The position numbers were made by a program, and so were the translations under genes. From the IMG/VR virus record IMGVR_UViG_3300002123_000001: a stretch of DNA of 64,000 bases; one strand, written 5' to 3'. Below the pieces are notes generated by a model. The model saw only the letters and a program-made list of their open reading frames with translations, made no database searches and was not told the DNA's origin. Of the stretch, positions 59,819 through 64,000 are shown piece by piece; positions within the stretch are counted from its first letter, which is position 1, and every line of letters begins with the position of its first letter. The stretch comes from a virus.

Positions 59819-61861
59819 TCAGACGTTGGTCTTGGCTGCTTGCTGCCCGTTCATCGCCGCTGTCGGTGCCGGTGGGGTCACTCCCATCTGCGCCTTCTTG
59901 GTCTTCTTGTCACTGGCGCAATCGGCCGCCGCCATCTTCGAGATGATGGCACGGGCTGAAGCCAGCTTCACACTGTTCGAAGGCTCCTCATTCGCAGCCG
60001 GGGCCTTGAGAGCCTTGAGCACGCTCGAGATCTTGGACCCCGCCTCGTTGTTGTGAGACAACGTCTGCTGAAGAACCGTGTCAGTGCCGGCGTTGAGCGC
60101 TGGCTCGTGCAGGATGTCCTTCAGGTCCGACTTCGGGTCGCCCTTGGCATCCCGCCGGGTGAAGTTGATGGCAGCCTCGTTCGAGGCGAGCATCTTCCGC
60201 TTCTGCGCCTGTACGTCCGAAGGCTCCGAGGGGACACCCTCTTCACTCGGGGCCGCACCCTGCGGAGGAGTGGCGCCGAACTGCGTGCGGCCAGCCGACA
60301 CCTGCGCCGGGTTGATGGCATCCTCAGCCGCCTTGAGAAGACCAACCGTCGTCCGGTTCTTCTCGTAGAGGTCTTCGGCGGACGCCTGCTTGACCCCGCC
60401 GCCCATGCGCTGACCGATGGCACCACCAATGGAACGACCGGCGAGAATGCCCACGGGACCTGCCGGGATACCGGCTACGGCACCCGCGATACGACCTGCG
60501 TTGCGACCCGGAGGAGCCACGGCCGGAGTGGGCGCACCGGGAGAGGGGAGAGCCGCCGCCGCAGTGACCTGCATCTCTTCCTGTGGCGCTTGCTGCGCAG
60601 CAGCTTGCTGACGAAGGTCCTTGATCTCGCGGTACGGCCGCATCGCCGCTTCGTACCCCTTCTGTCGGCCGTAAAGCCCGCCGCCGATGGCTCCGCCCGT
60701 GGCACCAAGGCTGGCACCGGTGAGCGCGCCGAGACCGCCGCCTATTAGCGGAGCGCCGGCGAAACCACCAGCCAGGGTTCCGATGGCACCACCGGCAAGT
60801 CCGCCGAGGCCAGCACCCATGGCACCACCACCGATGCCACCGGCAAGCCCACCAAGCTGAGTTCCTGCTTCGCCGGCACCAGCACCACGCATGCGGTAAC
60901 CAGCCGGAGATTCTGCAGCACCCATGGCGCCACCGATGAGGGCAATCTTCTCCACGCCGTCCGCTGGTACAACCACCACGGACCCATCCTCGGCCATCGC
61001 CACCTTGGCCAACCCGCAGGCGACCAAGTTGGTGAGGTAGGCCGAGCTCGCCTTGACGTTCTCGTTGGTGAGCGTGGTCTTCTCGTTGGCGATGGGCTCC
61101 ACCGGCTGCGAAGGATGCTGCATCTTGTCGTTGGTCTGCAGCTGGTTCGAAGGTCCAGGCCGCGTTGGGTCACTCTGCATCGGCGGATTGAGTGGCGGCT
61201 GATTCGCGGGAGTGGCCTTGCCCGACTGCCCGGCTTCCAGCGACCCGTCGCCGTCGGCCTTCGCTGGAGTCACGGGAAGTGCGCCCGGACCAGATCCGGG
61301 GCCCACCCCGTTCGAAGAACCCGCGGCGAGGTCAATGTTCGCGAGCTTCGGGTTCAGCTCCTTCGCCATGAAGTACATCGCCGAGGCGAGCTTCGACGTG
61401 AGCTCAGTGGGGATGGAATCGATTGTCTCCGCTGCCGCAGCTGTCTTCACAACGGCGGGTGGAGTATGGCCATCGCTAGCCATTTGAAGAGCCGCTTCGA
61501 GCGAAAGGTCGATCTTCGCCGCGGACCCTTCCATCGCGACCTTGATCAGGTCTTGGAGGCTAGGCTGCCGCATGTAGGTAGAAGAGGTCATGGGGATCTC
61601 CGCTTGGGCCATCTTCAGAGACTCCATCCCGCGAGGCGGTTGAGACTTCTGGGAAGCGGCGCCAGCATCGGGGGTGGGAGGGGTTCCGGTGTTCACGCGA
61701 GAGTACGTCGTTCGTCCGTGCATGCCTCGAGGGCCTATTTGACCTGGGGCGGGCTTGTTCTCGATTCCGATCTGAGGGACCGGTGCCGAAATGTTGGACT
61801 GTGCCACAGGGTCTGGAACCCCTGACCCCACGGCTACAGCCTCTTTCAGCCACAAGCTCAC
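59819..61861 (-). CDS. large glycine-zipper virion protein, 680 aa
   Basis: GTG 61861 after GGGAGAA; LGGLAGGIGGGAMGAGLGGLAGGAIGTLAGGFAGAPLIGGGLGALTGASLGATGGAIGGG. Confidence 0.7.
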   Translation of the reverse strand: MSLWLKEAVAVGSGVPDPVAQSNISAPVPQIGIENKPAPGQIGPRGMHGRTTYSRVNTGTPPTPDAGAASQKSQPPRGMESLKMAQAEIPMTSSTYMRQPSLQDLIKVAMEGSAAKIDLSLEAALQMASDGHTPPAVVKTAAAAETIDSIPTELTSKLASAMYFMAKELNPKLANIDLAAGSSNGVGPGSGPGALPVTPAKADGDGSLEAGQSGKATPANQPPLNPPMQSDPTRPGPSNQLQTNDKMQHPSQPVEPIANEKTTLTNENVKASSAYLTNLVACGLAKVAMAEDGSVVVVPADGVEKIALIGGAMGAAESPAGYRMRGAGAGEAGTQLGGLAGGIGGGAMGAGLGGLAGGAIGTLAGGFAGAPLIGGGLGALTGASLGATGGAIGGGLYGRQKGYEAAMRPYREIKDLRQQAAAQQAPQEEMQVTAAAALPSPGAPTPAVAPPGRNAGRIAGAVAGIPAGPVGILAGRSIGGAIGQRMGGGVKQASAEDLYEKNRTTVGLLKAAEDAINPAQVSAGRTQFGATPPQGAAPSEEGVPSEPSDVQAQKRKMLASNEAAINFTRRDAKGDPKSDLKDILHEPALNAGTDTVLQQTLSHNNEAGSKISSVLKALKAPAANEEPSNSVKLASARAIISKMAAADCASDKKTKKAQMGVTPPAPTAAMNGQQAAKTNV

Positions 61862-61873
61862 CTGTTCTCCCGC

Positions 61874-62740
61874 TCAGCCGAGGATGTCGTCCCACGCGAT
61901 GGGGTACCCCGCCGCCTCGAGCAGTTCGAGTCCTCGAAGATTGAGTGCCGTGGCGTAGTCGCCCTTGGCGTGCGCGATCTTCTCCGACTCCGCCGGGCCG
62001 AGGGTGAGAACCGCGTTCAGCCTCTCCGTAGCCTGGTCACCGTCGTAGCCGTACTCCATCGCGATCTTGACGCCCTGCTCGGCCGCCGCGAGGTCGAGCG
62101 CGCTCGCACTCTTGTCCTTTTCCTTGTCCTTCTTCGCCCGCGAGGCCAGCGCAGCGCCCACGGCACCAGCCGCCACACCACCTCCGACCAGAGCTGCCTT
62201 GCCCTTGTTCTTGTCGGCGGTCTCACCCACCTTCTTGGCGCCCTCACCAAGACGCTTGCCCACGGCACGGGCAGCCTCACCAGCCTTGGCGACAACCGAC
62301 GCCTTCGCTTCCTTCTCGATCTCGCTCTTCTCCGCCATGAAGGCGTGCGCCATCTGGCGCCCGAGGAAGTCGGCCTCGGCAGTCTTCTGCTGCCACTCAG
62401 CCTGCGCAAGGAACTCGGCGCGAGCAGCCGCTTCCTTCGCTTCCTTGTCGTCCTCCTTCTTCTCTTCCTTCTTCTCTCCCTTGTCCTCCTTCTTCATGAA
62501 CGGAGGAGCCTTGTCCTTGTCGCCGCCCTTGTCGTCGGCATCCTTGTCGTCGCTGGCGAGCTTCTCGCAGAAGTTCTCGAAGAGCTGAGCACGCACATCC
62601 TCGGTCATCGTCGAGAGGTCGATGCCCTCGGCAGCTGCAGCCTTGCAGAACAAGTCCACATGGGCGATCTTGGTCTGCTCGGCTTGCACTGCTTCTCCGT
62701 AGCCGTTCGTGTTGTACATGGCGGCGAGGTGGGGGTTCAT
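61874..62740 (-). CDS. Lys/Glu-rich protein with Gly-rich segment, 288 aa
   Basis: ATG 62740 after AGGAGAAACC. Confidence 0.65.
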   Translation of the reverse strand: MNPHLAAMYNTNGYGEAVQAEQTKIAHVDLFCKAAAAEGIDLSTMTEDVRAQLFENFCEKLASDDKDADDKGGDKDKAPPFMKKEDKGEKKEEKKEDDKEAKEAAARAEFLAQAEWQQKTAEADFLGRQMAHAFMAEKSEIEKEAKASVVAKAGEAARAVGKRLGEGAKKVGETADKNKGKAALVGGGVAAGAVGAALASRAKKDKEKDKSASALDLAAAEQGVKIAMEYGYDGDQATERLNAVLTLGPAESEKIAHAKGDYATALNLRGLELLEAAGYPIAWDDILG

Positions 62741-62831
62741 GGTTTCTCCTGATCGGTTCTTCCAGTCGGTGTCGGTTCTTACCACGCTTCCTCGAGGGGA
62801 ATCCCCTCTCCGCGCCGGCTTGCGCCTGTCA

Positions 62832-64000
62832 CTACGGTTCTACCACTACCTTCCCGCTCATGGGAACGCCAAGCTCATCTAGAAAGGCGTCCCGCAAATA
62901 GCAGTAAGACAGCGGCGTGAACGTGTCTTCGGGTGTCGCGCTGGACAGCTTGTCGAAGTCCTCCCCCGTGGAGGCAACCTTCTGCAGGCAATCCTTCGTG
63001 TGCGCGACGTATTCCATGAGCTGAGCTCGGTACCCGTTGTATGCAGCTCCAATCTTACGGAGTAGCGGAGAGCTATGGGAAGTAGGGGGGTTTTTCTTCA
63101 CAGAAGGCGACATGGAGATCATTACAATCCGGCGTTCTATCACCGGACCCAGCATTGAGCGGTCGCCCATCATCGGCTCCAACGCCTTTGCCAGCGCTGG
63201 AGAGAACTTCTCTGGTCCCAGCTTCGTACTCCTGTCGACTTCATCTACCTTTGGGAAGGTTACTCCAGCATCCTCTAGCCCGTGCGCCAGTGGAGAGTGC
63301 CCCATCCGGATGAGAGTGATCTTCTGAAACTCGCGCGGCCTCAAGATGATGCCCAGCGCCCCTGATGTGCTCAGCGCCTCATCCTCGGGACGTGAAGCAA
63401 GTGCGCGCAAAAGGTCCGAGGGCAAGTCCGGCTCGCTACGGTTCAACACGGGGATGGCTTTGCCCGCCATCTGGCTCGGCACCACATCCTTGTCGATCTC
63501 CGCCCGCTTCAACTCCGCGCTCTTGAGACCAAACGCCTCCGCCAACACATCATCCGCACTGGCTTCCTTCATCAGCTGAAAGTACTTCAGGGGAACGTCA
63601 GTATGCCCGTAAGTACCTTCTTCAGGCGTTCCTTTAGCAGCCAGCGCTCCTTCTCTAGTGACCATAGTGACGGGAAGAAGAATCCCAGCCTTAGCCGCGG
63701 CTTGTGCCCTACTACCCCCGTCTAGTATCTGTACCTTTCCCTCAACAGGATACCCCACGGTTGGCGGCTTCTCTGGGTCATATCCGCTCCTCACGAATGC
63801 GTCGGATAGCTGCTGCACCTTTTTGGCTGAAGCGCTGCGAGGGTCTTTGGAGTACTCGTGCGGCAGGAATACCTCATTGGGGTTTACAAGGCGATACTCC
63901 TTGCTACTAGCACTCGCTTCCTTCGTATCCTTGGCCAGCTCCTGCTTCAGCTCCTCTTTGCTGTCGACGTAGATTATGCGATCGGAGACTTCCTTGGGAG
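62832..64000 (-). CDS. ParB-like nuclease-domain protein (5' end beyond the window)
   Basis: Frame has no stop from 63819 to 64000; LVNPNEVFLPHEY...VQQLSDAFVRSGYDPEKPP.V......VQILDGGSRAQAAAKAG follows the ParB N-terminal domain pattern. Confidence 0.5.
   Translation of the reverse strand, partial: PKEVSDRIIYVDSKEELKQELAKDTKEASASSKEYRLVNPNEVFLPHEYSKDPRSASAKKVQQLSDAFVRSGYDPEKPPTVGYPVEGKVQILDGGSRAQAAAKAGILLPVTMVTREGALAAKGTPEEGTYGHTDVPLKYFQLMKEASADDVLAEAFGLKSAELKRAEIDKDVVPSQMAGKAIPVLNRSEPDLPSDLLRALASRPEDEALSTSGALGIILRPREFQKITLIRMGHSPLAHGLEDAGVTFPKVDEVDRSTKLGPEKFSPALAKALEPMMGDRSMLGPVIERRIVMISMSPSVKKNPPTSHSSPLLRKIGAAYNGYRAQLMEYVAHTKDCLQKVASTGEDFDKLSSATPEDTFTPLSYCYLRDAFLDELGVPMSGKVVVEP

Noticed and set aside
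62753-62783. Direct repeat TCGGTTCTT(C/A)CC x2 (62753-62764 and 62772-62783) upstream of 61874..62740
   Set aside because: The repeat is real but short and occurs at a single locus. On the minus strand it overlaps the SD region. There is no independent support for a binding site.

Overview
Visibly GC-rich, very gene-dense fragment (about 115 ORFs) of a large tailed-phage genome with a contractile-tail (myovirus-like) gene set. I saw no rRNA, tRNA, CRISPR array, integrase or att site.

About 90% of genes are on the minus strand, packed with ATGA/GTGA/TGATG start-stop overlaps. Read right to left on the minus strand:
- 57.7-64 kb: a ParB-like protein that runs off the right edge, Gly-rich presumed internal virion proteins, and scaffold-like, decoration-like and HK97-like major capsid genes.
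- 50.9-57.6 kb: neck and glycine-zipper proteins.
- 42.8-50.9 kb: a giant tail-sheath gene (47.1-50.9 kb) carrying five tandem ~80-aa repeats and broken by a +1 frame change, then a free-standing HNH endonuclease, a tube-like gene, and membrane/coiled-coil proteins.
- 26.6-41.4 kb: a strongly expressed-looking structural gene, a histone-H1-like protein, a DnaA-domain-IV-like protein, dCMP deaminase, dNMP kinase, and about 25 small genes including a GroES-like protein, an RHH protein and many zinc ribbons.
- 11.8-24.8 kb: a 1242-aa tape-measure-like protein and large baseplate-like proteins.
- 2.9-10.2 kb: a group-3 sigma factor, a DUF932-like protein, RNase HII and fibre-like proteins.

Plus-strand genes sit in small islands (0-1.2, 2.7-2.9, 24.8-26.7, 38.9-39.4 and 41.5-42.8 kb).

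Most notable non-coding signals:
- One conserved sigma28-like promoter motif (8 copies, all on the plus strand) builds promoter-gene-hairpin cassettes. It is a plausible regulon of the phage sigma factor.
- An orphan copy of that promoter would drive a roughly 100-nt RNA. Its hairpin loop is a perfect 13-nt complement of the Shine-Dalgarno region of gene 746..1129.
- A 26-nt hairpin element occurs in 4 copies with compensatory stem changes.

All function calls come from motifs I recognise by eye. No database search was possible. Start codons are often inferred from overlaps and SD boxes and remain provisional.
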